Notes under the pieces: model-generated | What the model was told of the DNA's origin: nothing | Database searches by the model: none | Seen by the model: only the letters and a program-made list of their open reading frames with translations | Position numbers and translations under genes: made by a program | NCBI GenBank assembly: GCA_963783305.1 | Contig: CAWAMW010000016.1 | Coordinates: 704,001-768,000, forward strand | Length of the DNA: 64,000 nucleotides | Source: an uncultured Gemmatimonadales bacterium | GTDB taxonomy: Bacteria > Gemmatimonadota > Gemmatimonadetes > Longimicrobiales > RSA9 | Direction: 5' to 3' | In this document: piece by piece, positions 21,109 through 30,697 of the stretch | Layout: every line of letters starts with the position of its first letter | Numbering within the stretch: the stretch's first letter is position 1

Positions 21109-22269
21109 ATGCCGATCGTCCATTCCCGATTCCAGGATTTCCCTCCCTATCCGCTGGCGGAGGTCCCACGCATCCGGCGCGAGCTCCGGGCGCGAGGGGT
21201 GGACGTCATCGATCTGGGTGCCGGGGACGCCGACCTGGCTCCGCCGCCCATGGCGGTGGAGGCGCTGCGAGCAGCGGCCGCAGACGTGGGGATGAGCCGA
21301 TACGGATTCCAGCTCGGGCACGTCCCGCTGCGGGAGTCCATCGCGGGCTGGATGCAGCGGCGGTTCGGGGTCGAGGTGGACCCGATGGGGGAAGTGCTCC
21401 CGCTGGTGGGTTCGAAGGAGGGGATCGCGCACCTGGCGTTCTGTTTCGCGGGCCCGGGCGACGCGGCCGTGATACCCGACCCCGGCTACCAGCCGTATCG
21501 GGGCGGTATCCTGCTGGCGGGCGCGGAGGCGCGCCTGGTCCCGCTCAGGCCGGAGAATGACTTCCTGATCCCGCTGGATAGCATCCCCGGGGACGTGGCG
21601 GCCCGCACGCGCATTCTGTACCTCAACTACCCGAACAACCCGACGGCCGCCACAGCGCCGCGGGATTACCTGGTGGAAGCGGTGGAGTGGTGCCGTCAGC
21701 ACGACGTGGTGCTCTGCTACGACAACGCGTACAGCGAGCTGGCGTTCGACGGCTACAGGCCGCCGAGCATCCTGGAGATCGACGGGGCCCGTGACGTGGC
21801 GGTGGAGTTCCACTCGTTCTCGAAGACCTACAACATGACGGGGTGGCGCGTCGGCTGGGCGGTGGGCGGCGCCCCGATGATCGCGGCGCTCCAGCGGGTC
21901 AAGACGTTCACGGACACCGGCCAGTTCATGGCGGTCCAGGCGGGGGCCCAGGCGGCGCTCGAGTCCTACGACGAGTGGGTACCGGGTAACATCGAGACGT
22001 TCCGACGGCGACGGGACGCCGCCGCGAAGGCGCTGGAGGCGGCGGGCTTCGAGGTCCGTGTCCCACGGGCGACCATGTACCTGTGGGTCCCGATGCCAGC
22101 CGGTCGCCCCTCGGAGCCGTTCGCACTACGCGCGCTCCAGGAGGAGGGGGTAGTGGTGATGCCGGGGGCGGCACTGGGCTCGGGTGGTGAGGGGTTCTTC
22201 CGGGTTGCGCTGACCGCGGGAGAGGACCGGTTGCGGGAGGCAGCGGAGCGGCTGGGTCGGCTGCTGTGA
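21109..22269 (+). CDS. class I/II PLP aminotransferase (LL-diaminopimelate-aminotransferase-like)
   Basis: GSKEG, LNYPNNPT, DNAY, SFSKTYNMTGWRVG; AGGAG Shine-Dalgarno. Confidence 0.9.
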   Translation: MPIVHSRFQDFPPYPLAEVPRIRRELRARGVDVIDLGAGDADLAPPPMAVEALRAAAADVGMSRYGFQLGHVPLRESIAGWMQRRFGVEVDPMGEVLPLVGSKEGIAHLAFCFAGPGDAAVIPDPGYQPYRGGILLAGAEARLVPLRPENDFLIPLDSIPGDVAARTRILYLNYPNNPTAATAPRDYLVEAVEWCRQHDVVLCYDNAYSELAFDGYRPPSILEIDGARDVAVEFHSFSKTYNMTGWRVGWAVGGAPMIAALQRVKTFTDTGQFMAVQAGAQAALESYDEWVPGNIETFRRRRDAAAKALEAAGFEVRVPRATMYLWVPMPAGRPSEPFALRALQEEGVVVMPGAALGSGGEGFFRVALTAGEDRLREAAERLGRLL

Positions 22270-22350
22270 GGTCGTGGTGGTCCGCGGCTCCCCACCGAGG
22301 GGTGGCCTGAGCCGGGAACGGTGGGGCGACCCCGGGTTATCAGAGACGCG

Positions 22351-23157
22351 ATGACCCAGCCACCGAGCCGAACCGAGATCCCCTCCTCCCGCCGCTCGGG
22401 TGAGGATCGCCGAAGCCGAGAGCGTCGAGTCCTGGCGATCGGGCTGGGGCTGTCGCTGGTGGCGCATCTGGTGGTCATCATCCTTGTGGGGCAGTGGCTG
22501 GCGCCGCGGACGGAGCCGGTGGAGACCCGTCCGGCCCGCGTCCTCGTGGAGCCGCCCGCCGGAATGCGCGTGGTGGAGCTGCGAGCTCTGCCGGCCGCCG
22601 TGGTCGCGGAGGATCCCGAGGACCCGGACCGACCCGAGCGAGAGCTGGAGCGGCCGCGGGCGCCGATGCGGGAAGTGCGAGTGGCGGAGTCGCGGCCGGA
22701 CAGTGTCCCGGCCGACACGCGCACCGCGGCGGACCGGCTGGCGCCCAGGGTGGTGGACCCGCGGCTGTGGCAGCCGATGATCCTGATCCCGAGCGAGCCG
22801 ACGTTCGAGGAAGTGGAGGCGCGGGTCGCGGCGGCGGTGGAGCTGCTGAGCGACTCTGCGCTGGCGGAGGCCGATGCCGCCATCCGATCCAGGGACTGGA
22901 CGGTGGACGACGGGAAGGGGGGGAAATGGGGGATCAGCCCGGGCAAGATCCACCTTGGCTCGCTGGTCCTGCCGCTCCCTATCTACGCGGTGGCGAGCCC
23001 GGACCAGATCGCGGAGAACGCGGTGTGGCTCGAACTCGATCAACAGCTGGAGCGGACGCTGATCCTGGAGAGCTTCGGAGAGCGGGTACGGGCGATCCGG
23101 GAGCGGCGGGAGCGGGAGCGTAGGGAATCGCGGACCGGAAACGACGGCGGCCGGTGA
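22351..23157 (+). CDS. hypothetical single-TM protein with Pro/Glu-rich linker
   Basis: TM with SLVAH; P/E/R-rich linker; aromatic C-terminal domain (WT..DG.GGKWGISPG.IHLG). Confidence 0.7.
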   Translation: MTQPPSRTEIPSSRRSGEDRRSRERRVLAIGLGLSLVAHLVVIILVGQWLAPRTEPVETRPARVLVEPPAGMRVVELRALPAAVVAEDPEDPDRPERELERPRAPMREVRVAESRPDSVPADTRTAADRLAPRVVDPRLWQPMILIPSEPTFEEVEARVAAAVELLSDSALAEADAAIRSRDWTVDDGKGGKWGISPGKIHLGSLVLPLPIYAVASPDQIAENAVWLELDQQLERTLILESFGERVRAIRERRERERRESRTGNDGGR

Positions 23158-23171
23158 TCGACGGCCGCCGC

Positions 23172-23187
23172 TGGTGCGCGCCTTGCA
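23172..23187 (+). promoter_or_regulatory. putative sigma54 promoter of the BON-domain gene
   Basis: TGGTGCGCGCCTTGCA = TGG-N10-GC with TTGCA, about 48 nt before the ATG. Confidence 0.55.
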
Positions 23188-23235
23188 CCTGATCCGGATC
23201 GGCAGTCCCACGCAAAATCAGGAGGGGATCCCGAC

Positions 23236-23943
23236 ATGGAACAGGAGCGGAACAGGCAAGCACTACTCGCCGTCCTCGGCGTCTCGGCCGGGCTGGCCTC
23301 GGCCACGGGGCTCTGGCTGTGGCGGCGCGGACAGGTCCAGCAGCGGGCCCGGGCGACGCCCGGCCCCTCCGGGTGGACCCGTGAGCGAGGTGTGGGCGCC
23401 GAGGTGGCGGAATCGCTGCGGCGCGACCGCTCACTGAGAGCTCGCGCCATCGAGGTCGACTCCATCGCGGACGGCGTGGTGGAGCTCACCGGTGAAGTGG
23501 ACACGCGGGCGGAAGCTCGGCGGGCGGTTGCGATCGCCCAGGGCGCGAGCGGCGTCTACACGGTGGTGAACCGCCTCACGCTGTCCGAAGAGGAGTCGCA
23601 CCTGGACGAGACGCGCCAGCGGCGTCAGAACGGGGATCCGAGCCTGGCGGAGCGGCACCACTACGGGATGGGCGTGGGCATGGGCACGCGCCGGCAGTCG
23701 CCGAGCACGGACCCGGACCGACCGAGCGACAAGCAGAAGATCCTGGAGCGCCAGCTCGAGGTGGCGAACGTGGAGGACCCGCCCGAGGGCGAACCGAACC
23801 CGATCTCGGGGGACGAGGCGGTGGAGAGCGAGCGAGTGAAGCCAGGGGATGAGCGGGCGATCCGGGAGGCCGGACTGGACCCATCGCCCCGGCCGGACTC
23901 GACACCGAAGGAATCTGTGCCCGGAGACGGCGAAGAGGAGTAG
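23236..23943 (+). CDS. BON-domain protein
   Basis: N-terminal TM; IEV..DGVVELTGEV....EARRAVAIA....GVYTVVNRL; AGGAGG Shine-Dalgarno. Confidence 0.85.
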   Translation: MEQERNRQALLAVLGVSAGLASATGLWLWRRGQVQQRARATPGPSGWTRERGVGAEVAESLRRDRSLRARAIEVDSIADGVVELTGEVDTRAEARRAVAIAQGASGVYTVVNRLTLSEEESHLDETRQRRQNGDPSLAERHHYGMGVGMGTRRQSPSTDPDRPSDKQKILERQLEVANVEDPPEGEPNPISGDEAVESERVKPGDERAIREAGLDPSPRPDSTPKESVPGDGEEE

Positions 23944-24015
23944 CCTCTTCAGGGTACTACGGGGGATCGGTCCGGCCGGTAGCGGTCGGGCCGATTTTCG
24001 TTTACAGTAGCCCCT

Positions 24016-26748
24016 ATGACTGAACCGCTTTCCAAGACCTACGACCCGGCGGCGATCGAGAAGCCGCTGTACGAGGAGTGGCTGGAGAAAGGCTACTTCA
24101 CCGCGACACCCGAGGCCGTGCTCGAGGGGGGGCGCGATCCGTATGTGATCGTGATCCCACCGCCGAACGTGACGGCGGTCCTGCACATGGGGCACGGGCT
24201 GAACAACACGCTCCAGGACCTGCTCATCCGGTGGCGCCGGATGAAGGGCCGCGAGGCGCTGTGGATCCCGGGGACCGACCACGCGGGGATCGCCACACAG
24301 AACGTGGTGGAGCGTCAGCTCGCGGCGGAGGGTCTCACGCGGCAGGACCTGGGGCGGGAAGCATTCGAGGAGCGGGTCTGGCAGTGGGTGGCGGAGACCC
24401 GACCGCGGATCATCCAGCAGCTGGAGGCGACCGGCTGCTCGTTCGACCTCACGCGCGAGCACTTCACGCTGGACCCGGACCTCTCGCGGGCGGTACGGGA
24501 GGTGTTCGTCCGGCTGTACGAGAAGGGGCTGATCTACCGAGGCCACTATATCATCAACTGGTGCCCCCGGTGCCTCACGGCGTTGTCGAACGAGGAGGCC
24601 GAGCCGCACGAGACGGGCGGGCGGCTGTACCACCTGCGCTACCCGCTGGAGTCGACGGACCACGCGGACCGGCTCCCGAAGCTGGCCGATGGCCGGCACT
24701 ATGTGGTGGTGGCGACGACCCGACCGGAAACCATGCTGGGCGACAGCGCCGTGGCCGTCCACCCGGACGACGAGCGGTACTCGGCGCTGGTGGGTCGGCA
24801 GGCGCACCTCCCGCTCACGGGCCGGATGATCCCGATCATCGAGGACTCCTGGGTGGACCCGGAGTTCGGGACGGGCGCGGTGAAGGTTACGCCGGCCCAC
24901 GACCCGAACGACTTCGAGATCGGGAAACGGCACGGACTGCCGGAGATCAACATCTTCACGCCATCGGCCGAGATCGGAGAGGAAGCGCCGAAGGCGTTCC
25001 GAGGGCTGGACCGGTTCGAGGCTCGTCAGCGTGTGGTGGATGCACTGGAGGCGGAGGGCCTGCTGGAGAAGGTGGAGGACCACCCGCACTCGGTGCCGCG
25101 CTGCTACCGGTGCGACACCGTGGTGGAGCCCCGTCTGAGCGAGCAGTGGTTCGTGAAGATGGAGCCGCTGGCTGCGCCGGCGCTGCAGGCCAGCCGGGAC
25201 GGCACGGTCCGGTTCTCGCCCGAGCACTGGAAGACGGTGTACGAGAACTGGCTGGAGAACATCCGTGACTGGTGCATCAGTCGCCAGCTCTGGTGGGGGC
25301 ATCGGATCCCGGTGTGGTACTGCGAGGCCGACGGCTGTGGCGAGGTGATCGTCGCGCGGGAAGACCCGACGGAGTGCCCGGCGTGCGGCGGCGGTGAGCT
25401 GCGGCAGGACGCGGACGTCCTGGATACCTGGTTCAGCAGCTGGCTCTGGCCGTTCAGCACCATGGGCTGGCCAGAGGAGACGCTGGACCTGAAGGCGTTC
25501 TATCCCACCAGCACTCTGTCGACTGCGCCGGAGATCCTGTTCTTCTGGGTCGCCCGCATGATCATGGCGGGGTACGAGTTCATGGGAGAGGCGCCGTTCA
25601 CGGACGTGCTCCTGCACGCCACCGTGCGTGACCACCACAACCGCAAGATGTCGAAATCCCTCGGCAACGGCATCGACCCGCTGGAGGTCGTGGACCGGTT
25701 CGGGGCGGACGCGTTGCGCTACACGGTGGTGGCGGGCGCGGCGGTGGGCACCGACATCCAGCTCAACTACGAGAACCTGGAAGAGGCGTTCGCGCCGGGT
25801 CGCAATTTCGCGAACAAGCTGTGGAACGCCGGTCGCTTCGCTCTCATGAACCTGGGCGACGAGCCGGTGGAGCCGGTGGAGCGGGTTCAGGAGGGCCTGG
25901 AAGTCACAGACCGCTGGATCCTGTCTCGCCTCTCCCGTACGACGCGGAAGGTGGATGATGCGCTGGAGTCGTATCGTGTCCACGAGGCGGCCGAGGCGAT
26001 CCATGGCTTCTTCTGGGGCGAGGTGGCGGACTGGTACCTGGAGCTGATCAAGGGCCGGATGCTGGGGGCGTCGGGGGAGTCGAGCCGGGAGGCGGCCAAG
26101 GCCACGCTGGTAGCCGTGCTGGATGGCGTGTTCCGGCTCCTGCACCCGATCATGCCGTTCATCACGGAAGCCCTCTGGCGCCGGCTGCCAAGGCCGGAGG
26201 GAGTGGAGCGCGCCGAGTCGCTCATGATCGCGCCGTGGCCCGACAGTCGGCCGGAGTGGGAGGATGACGGGGCCGAGCGCGATATGCGCGGGCTGATGGA
26301 GCTCATCACCACGGTTCGCATGCTTCGGAGTGAGTACGATATCCCGGCGAGCCACGAGGTGGAGGTGGTGCTGTCGAACGAAGCGCCGTCGTTCCGGGAG
26401 ATGGTGCACCGGGAGACGGACCTGGTGAAGCGCCTCGCCCGGGCCCGGCTCGCGGACGGCCGCGATGCCGGCGATCTGTCGGGCGCCGGGGCCAATGCCG
26501 TGCTGCGGAGCGGTGCCGAGCTGGTCATTCCCCTTGCGGGGGTGATCGACATCGAGCGTGAGCTCGGGCGGCTGCGAGAGGAGCTGGAGCGGGTGGAGAG
26601 CCTGCTGCGGAGCACGGAGCAGCGACTGGCGAACGAGCAGTTCACGTCGAAAGCTCCGGCGGACGTCGTAGATCGGGAGCGGGAGAAGGCGGAGAGCTTC
26701 CGCGAGCAGCGGGAACGACTCGCGCGGAAGATTGCGGCGCTGACGTGA
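24016..26748 (+). CDS. valS: valine--tRNA ligase
   Basis: PPPNVT..LHMGH, DHAGIATQ, DWCISRQLWWGH, KMSKS; C-terminal coiled coil. Confidence 0.98.
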   Translation: MTEPLSKTYDPAAIEKPLYEEWLEKGYFTATPEAVLEGGRDPYVIVIPPPNVTAVLHMGHGLNNTLQDLLIRWRRMKGREALWIPGTDHAGIATQNVVERQLAAEGLTRQDLGREAFEERVWQWVAETRPRIIQQLEATGCSFDLTREHFTLDPDLSRAVREVFVRLYEKGLIYRGHYIINWCPRCLTALSNEEAEPHETGGRLYHLRYPLESTDHADRLPKLADGRHYVVVATTRPETMLGDSAVAVHPDDERYSALVGRQAHLPLTGRMIPIIEDSWVDPEFGTGAVKVTPAHDPNDFEIGKRHGLPEINIFTPSAEIGEEAPKAFRGLDRFEARQRVVDALEAEGLLEKVEDHPHSVPRCYRCDTVVEPRLSEQWFVKMEPLAAPALQASRDGTVRFSPEHWKTVYENWLENIRDWCISRQLWWGHRIPVWYCEADGCGEVIVAREDPTECPACGGGELRQDADVLDTWFSSWLWPFSTMGWPEETLDLKAFYPTSTLSTAPEILFFWVARMIMAGYEFMGEAPFTDVLLHATVRDHHNRKMSKSLGNGIDPLEVVDRFGADALRYTVVAGAAVGTDIQLNYENLEEAFAPGRNFANKLWNAGRFALMNLGDEPVEPVERVQEGLEVTDRWILSRLSRTTRKVDDALESYRVHEAAEAIHGFFWGEVADWYLELIKGRMLGASGESSREAAKATLVAVLDGVFRLLHPIMPFITEALWRRLPRPEGVERAESLMIAPWPDSRPEWEDDGAERDMRGLMELITTVRMLRSEYDIPASHEVEVVLSNEAPSFREMVHRETDLVKRLARARLADGRDAGDLSGAGANAVLRSGAELVIPLAGVIDIERELGRLREELERVESLLRSTEQRLANEQFTSKAPADVVDREREKAESFREQRERLARKIAALT

Positions 26749-28055
26749 GGATGCCGGTCGTCGGGCTGCTGCTGGTGGCCGCGGCGACGCTCGGCTGCGC
26801 TCAGCCGGGAACGCCGCCAGGCGGGGAGATCGATCGTTTCCCGCCGCGCGTGCGGTCGGTCTCGCCGGCGGCCTTCGACACCATCACCGATCGCGACGCC
26901 CGGGTGGTGATCCGGTTCGACGAGCGGATCAGCGAGCGGCTGGAGGGTGTCCGCAACTGGGAGGAGGCCGTCCTGGTCTCTCCCATCACCAGCCCCGTGG
27001 AGGTGGACGCCGGTCGGAGTGGGATCGAGGTTTCGCTGGTCCGTGGGTGGGAGCCGAACCAGGTGTACAGGGTGACGGTGCGACCCGTGTTCCGTGACCT
27101 CTTTGGCAACGTTCGGCGGGAGCCGGTCACGCTCGTGTTCAGTACCGGCGCAGCCATCCCGCAATCCGCGCTGGCGGGGTTCGTCGTGGACGGTATCACG
27201 CGCCGGGTCGTGCCGGATGCCCGCGTGGAGGCGGTGCGTCGGATCGATGGGACCCGCTACGTGGCCGTCACCGACACGGCGGGGTTCTTCGCCATGCCGT
27301 TCATGCCCGCCGGCGCTTTCGACGTGCGCGCCTGGATCGACCAGGACCGGAGTCTCGAGCCCGAGTTCATGGAGCCGCAGGACAGCACGGACGTGGCTTT
27401 CGCGGTGGGGGACACAGCGGTCGTGGATCTGGCGCTGTTACGGCCCGATACCGTCCCCGCACGGCTCGCCCGCGCGGAGCCCATGGACTCGCTCCGCGTG
27501 CGACTCCACTTCGACGACTACTTCGCAGCGGGCCCCGTACCCGGACGCGCCACGCTGTACTCGCTACCGGACAGCACCCTCCTGGGCCCCGGTGAGCTGG
27601 TGCATGCGTCGCGGCTCGATTCGCTCATGGCGCTGGACGCCGCCGCGGCGGCGCTGCGCGATGAGACCCGGGCGGTGCTCGACTCGCTGCGGCAGGAGGC
27701 CGCGCCGCTGGCGGACAGCACGGAGGCAGGCGGGGCGGAGCGCGAGAGCGCGGCGGTGGCCATCGCTCTCGAGCGTCTCGAGGCCGAGCGGGCGGCGGTG
27801 GGCGCGGGTGGGCGGGGAACGGGCGAGCCGCTCCCCGCGCAGCAGCTCATCATGGTCTCCCCGGTCCCCCTGCGGCCCGGCGAAAGCTACTACGTGCGGG
27901 TCAGCGGGCTCACCAACATCCAGGGTGTGCCGGGCGGGGGCGGTGTGGCCCGCTTCGAGACACCGGCGGCGCGGGCGCGCGGCGCGGCGGAAGCGACGGA
28001 TACCGTGCCCGCCGACACCACGGCGGGCGACGCAGGCGGCGCGGAGGGAGCGTGA
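26745..28055 (+). CDS. lipoprotein with Ig-like (Big_5-like) and carboxypeptidase-regulatory-like domains
   Basis: Lipobox TLGC followed by PPGG..D..PP; IRFDE, DLFGN, FSTG pattern. Confidence 0.75.
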   Translation: MRMPVVGLLLVAAATLGCAQPGTPPGGEIDRFPPRVRSVSPAAFDTITDRDARVVIRFDERISERLEGVRNWEEAVLVSPITSPVEVDAGRSGIEVSLVRGWEPNQVYRVTVRPVFRDLFGNVRREPVTLVFSTGAAIPQSALAGFVVDGITRRVVPDARVEAVRRIDGTRYVAVTDTAGFFAMPFMPAGAFDVRAWIDQDRSLEPEFMEPQDSTDVAFAVGDTAVVDLALLRPDTVPARLARAEPMDSLRVRLHFDDYFAAGPVPGRATLYSLPDSTLLGPGELVHASRLDSLMALDAAAAALRDETRAVLDSLRQEAAPLADSTEAGGAERESAAVAIALERLEAERAAVGAGGRGTGEPLPAQQLIMVSPVPLRPGESYYVRVSGLTNIQGVPGGGGVARFETPAARARGAAEATDTVPADTTAGDAGGAEGA

Positions 28056-29494
28056 CGGACCCGCGGCGGCGGATCCCGTCGGTGGAGGCCTTGCTGTCTG
28101 CCTCGGCGTTCGTACCGCTGGTGGAGACGAGGAGCCGGGGCCGGGTGACGGAGGTCCTGCGGTCGGTGCTGGAGCAGACGCGGGACCAGTTGGACGCAGT
28201 GGGCGGGGTAGCGGGACAGGAGGGGCTGGACCAACTGGAGGACGCTGCCTGGTACGCCGACCGGGTGGCGGAGCGCCTGGCCCGGGCGGAGCGGCCATCG
28301 CTGAGGAGTGTGATCAACGCCAGCGGGGTGGTGCTGCACACGAACCTGGGGCGAGCGCCGCTGGCAGATTCGGCCCGTCGCGCCATGCTGGATGCGGCAG
28401 GGTACGCGTCTCTGGAATACGATCTGGAGGAGGGGCGACGGGGCGCACGCGGCCACTGTGAGGGTCTGCTCCGGGAGTTGACGGGCGCGGAGGCGGCACT
28501 GGTGGTGAACAACAACGCCGCGGCCGTGGTGCTCGCGCTCAACTCGCTGGCCGAAGGGAAGAGCACGGTCATCAGTCGCGGGGAGCTGGTGGAGATCGGC
28601 GGCTCGTTCCGGGTTCCGGAGATCATGGCGAAGAGCGGGGCGCGGATGGTGGAGGTGGGCGCCACCAATCGAACGCATCGGCGCGACTACGCAGATGCGC
28701 TGGCGCAGGGGGCGGGTCTGATCCTGAAAGTGCACCGCTCGAACTTCCGCCTGGAGGGCTTCACCGCGGAGGTCCCGGCCCGGGAACTGGCGGATCTGGC
28801 CCGGGGTGCGGGGATCCCGTTTGTCCACGACCTGGGCTCGGGAGCGCTGGTGGACCTGACGGAGCTGGGGCTCCCGCCCGAGCTCTCGGCGGGGCAGGCG
28901 CTGGCGGAGGGGGCGGACGTGGTGACCATGAGCGGGGATAAGCTCCTGGGCGGGCCCCAGGCCGGAATCCTGCTCGGCCGCCGGGACCTGCTGGACCTCA
29001 TGCGGTCCAACCCGCTCCACCGTGCGTTCCGCAGCGACAAGCTGACCCTCGCCGCCCTCGAGGCCACGCTGGCGTTGTATCGCGACGGCCGTGCCCGCGC
29101 CGAGATCCCCGTGCTCCGGATGCTCGCCGCCGAGCCGGAACGCCTGCTGGAACGGGCAGAGTCGCTGGCGCGCCGGCTTCGGAGCGCCGGCGTCGAGGCG
29201 GAGTCGGTGGAGGCCACCGCGGCCGTCGGTGGCGGTGCGTATCCCGGGGTGGAGCTGCCCGGCGCTGTCGTGGCGGTGTCCGGATCGGAGGGGGCGGAGG
29301 CGCTGGCCCGGCGGCTGCGCCTCGGCTCGCCCCCGGTGGTCGGTCGGGTGCGGGACGGTCGCGTGCTGCTGGCGCCGCGGACGGTGGGAGCGGAACAGGA
29401 GGATGCGCTGATCGGCGCGGTGGCGGCCGCGGTGCAGGCGGGCGTGGCGGGAGTGGCGGGTGTGGGGCGATCCGGGGCGGGGGAGGGGCGGTGA
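28052..29494 (+). CDS. selA: L-seryl-tRNA(Sec) selenium transferase
   Basis: VINASGVVLHTNLGRAP, SRGELVEIGGSFRVP, EVGATNRT, DLGSG, SGDKLLGGPQ. Confidence 0.95.
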   Translation: MTDPRRRIPSVEALLSASAFVPLVETRSRGRVTEVLRSVLEQTRDQLDAVGGVAGQEGLDQLEDAAWYADRVAERLARAERPSLRSVINASGVVLHTNLGRAPLADSARRAMLDAAGYASLEYDLEEGRRGARGHCEGLLRELTGAEAALVVNNNAAAVVLALNSLAEGKSTVISRGELVEIGGSFRVPEIMAKSGARMVEVGATNRTHRRDYADALAQGAGLILKVHRSNFRLEGFTAEVPARELADLARGAGIPFVHDLGSGALVDLTELGLPPELSAGQALAEGADVVTMSGDKLLGGPQAGILLGRRDLLDLMRSNPLHRAFRSDKLTLAALEATLALYRDGRARAEIPVLRMLAAEPERLLERAESLARRLRSAGVEAESVEATAAVGGGAYPGVELPGAVVAVSGSEGAEALARRLRLGSPPVVGRVRDGRVLLAPRTVGAEQEDALIGAVAAAVQAGVAGVAGVGRSGAGEGR

Positions 29495-30066
29495 TGGACG
29501 AGGCGCGGCCGACAGGAGGGCGACGGGCCGTGTTCGTGGACCGTGATGGGACGCTGATCCGCGAGCGGGAGTACCTGGCGGAGCCCGGCCGTGTGGAGCT
29601 GGTGCCAGGCGCCCTGGAGTCGCTCGCGGCGTTCGAGGCGGCGGGGTACGCCATCGTCGTGGTGACGAATCAGTCCGGGATCGCCCGGGGATACTATGAC
29701 GAGGCGGCGTACCGGGCCGTGGAAGCGGAGGTGGAGTCGCGGCTGGAGGCGGGCGGGGTCCGTGTTCTCGCGACGTACCACTGCCCCCACCACCCGGACA
29801 TCACCGGCCCCTGCGACTGCCGCAAGCCGGCCCCGGGGCTCTTCCTGCGGGCCGCACGCGAGCATGGCCTGAACCTCTCCCTGTCGGTCTACATCGGGGA
29901 CCGGCTGCGGGACATCCAGCCCGGGATCGAGCTGGGCGGCACGGCCATCCTGGTCCGGACGGGATACGGAGCGGCCGAAGAGCGGGAGGCCTCCGCCGCT
30001 GTGACCGTGGTGGATGATCTGGGGGGCGCCGCGGCGGTGGCGGGTGTGGTGGCGGAGGGGTTTTGA
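29491..30066 (+). CDS. gmhB: D-glycero-D-manno-heptose-1,7-bisphosphate phosphatase (HAD)
   Basis: DRDGTL, TNQSGIARG, CPHHP...CDCRKP, IGD. Confidence 0.9.
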   Translation: MMDEARPTGGRRAVFVDRDGTLIREREYLAEPGRVELVPGALESLAAFEAAGYAIVVVTNQSGIARGYYDEAAYRAVEAEVESRLEAGGVRVLATYHCPHHPDITGPCDCRKPAPGLFLRAAREHGLNLSLSVYIGDRLRDIQPGIELGGTAILVRTGYGAAEEREASAAVTVVDDLGGAAAVAGVVAEGF

Positions 30067-30091
30067 CACCCGGGGCCGCCTTGCCTAATGT
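30063..30091 (+). promoter_or_regulatory. sigma70-type promoter of iscA
   Basis: TTGACA-N17-TAATGT. Confidence 0.65.
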
Positions 30092-30169
30092 AGGCGCGAA
30101 ACCTGCGCGCCCGAATCGGGTACACAGGTCGAGCGAGGTTCAGAAAACAGTACACCAGCAGGAGGAGTC

Positions 30170-30499
30170 ATGACCATTACGGTCACGCCCAACGCGATTG
30201 CGGAAGTGCAGAAGTTCATGGAAGAGCAGGGCGCGGCGGAGACTGCGGGCCTGCGGGTGGCGGTTCTGCCCGGCGGCTGCTCCGGTTTCCAGTACGGCCT
30301 GAACATAGAAGACGAGGCCCAGGGAGATGACGAGGTCTTCGAGACCAACGGTGTCCGTCTGTTCGTGGATCCCTTCAGCGGCCAGTACCTGGATGGTGTC
30401 GAGATCGATTACGTCACCACCATGATGGGCTCGGGGTTCACCTTCAAGAACCCGAACGCCACGGGCGGCTGCGGGTGCGGGAGCTCGTTCACGACCTGA
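30170..30499 (+). CDS. iscA: A-type Fe-S cluster carrier (IscA/ErpA/HesB family)
   Basis: GGCSGFQY and NPNA..CGCGSSF; AGGAGG Shine-Dalgarno. Confidence 0.95.
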   Translation: MTITVTPNAIAEVQKFMEEQGAAETAGLRVAVLPGGCSGFQYGLNIEDEAQGDDEVFETNGVRLFVDPFSGQYLDGVEIDYVTTMMGSGFTFKNPNATGGCGCGSSFTT

Positions 30500-30531
30500 A
30501 CCCGAATCGCGGCGAAGGTTGGAAGGAAGGT

Positions 30532-30564
30532 GGAAGGGCCCGGCCGAACAGGCCGGGCCCTTCC
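30532..30564 (+). terminator. hairpin terminator after iscA
   Basis: 14-bp perfect stem GGAAGGGCCCGGCC / GGCCGGGCCCTTCC with a 5-nt loop. Confidence 0.7.
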
Positions 30565-30697
30565 GTCATCCGGTAAGGCGGGCAGGTGTCGGGGAGAGAT
30601 TGACGGGAACATCTGACGGCCGCATATTTCCGGTCCTCCCTCGTCCCCCGGGCATCCGGCGCCGACGTCGGTGGCATTCCTTCGATTTCCGCCGCAC

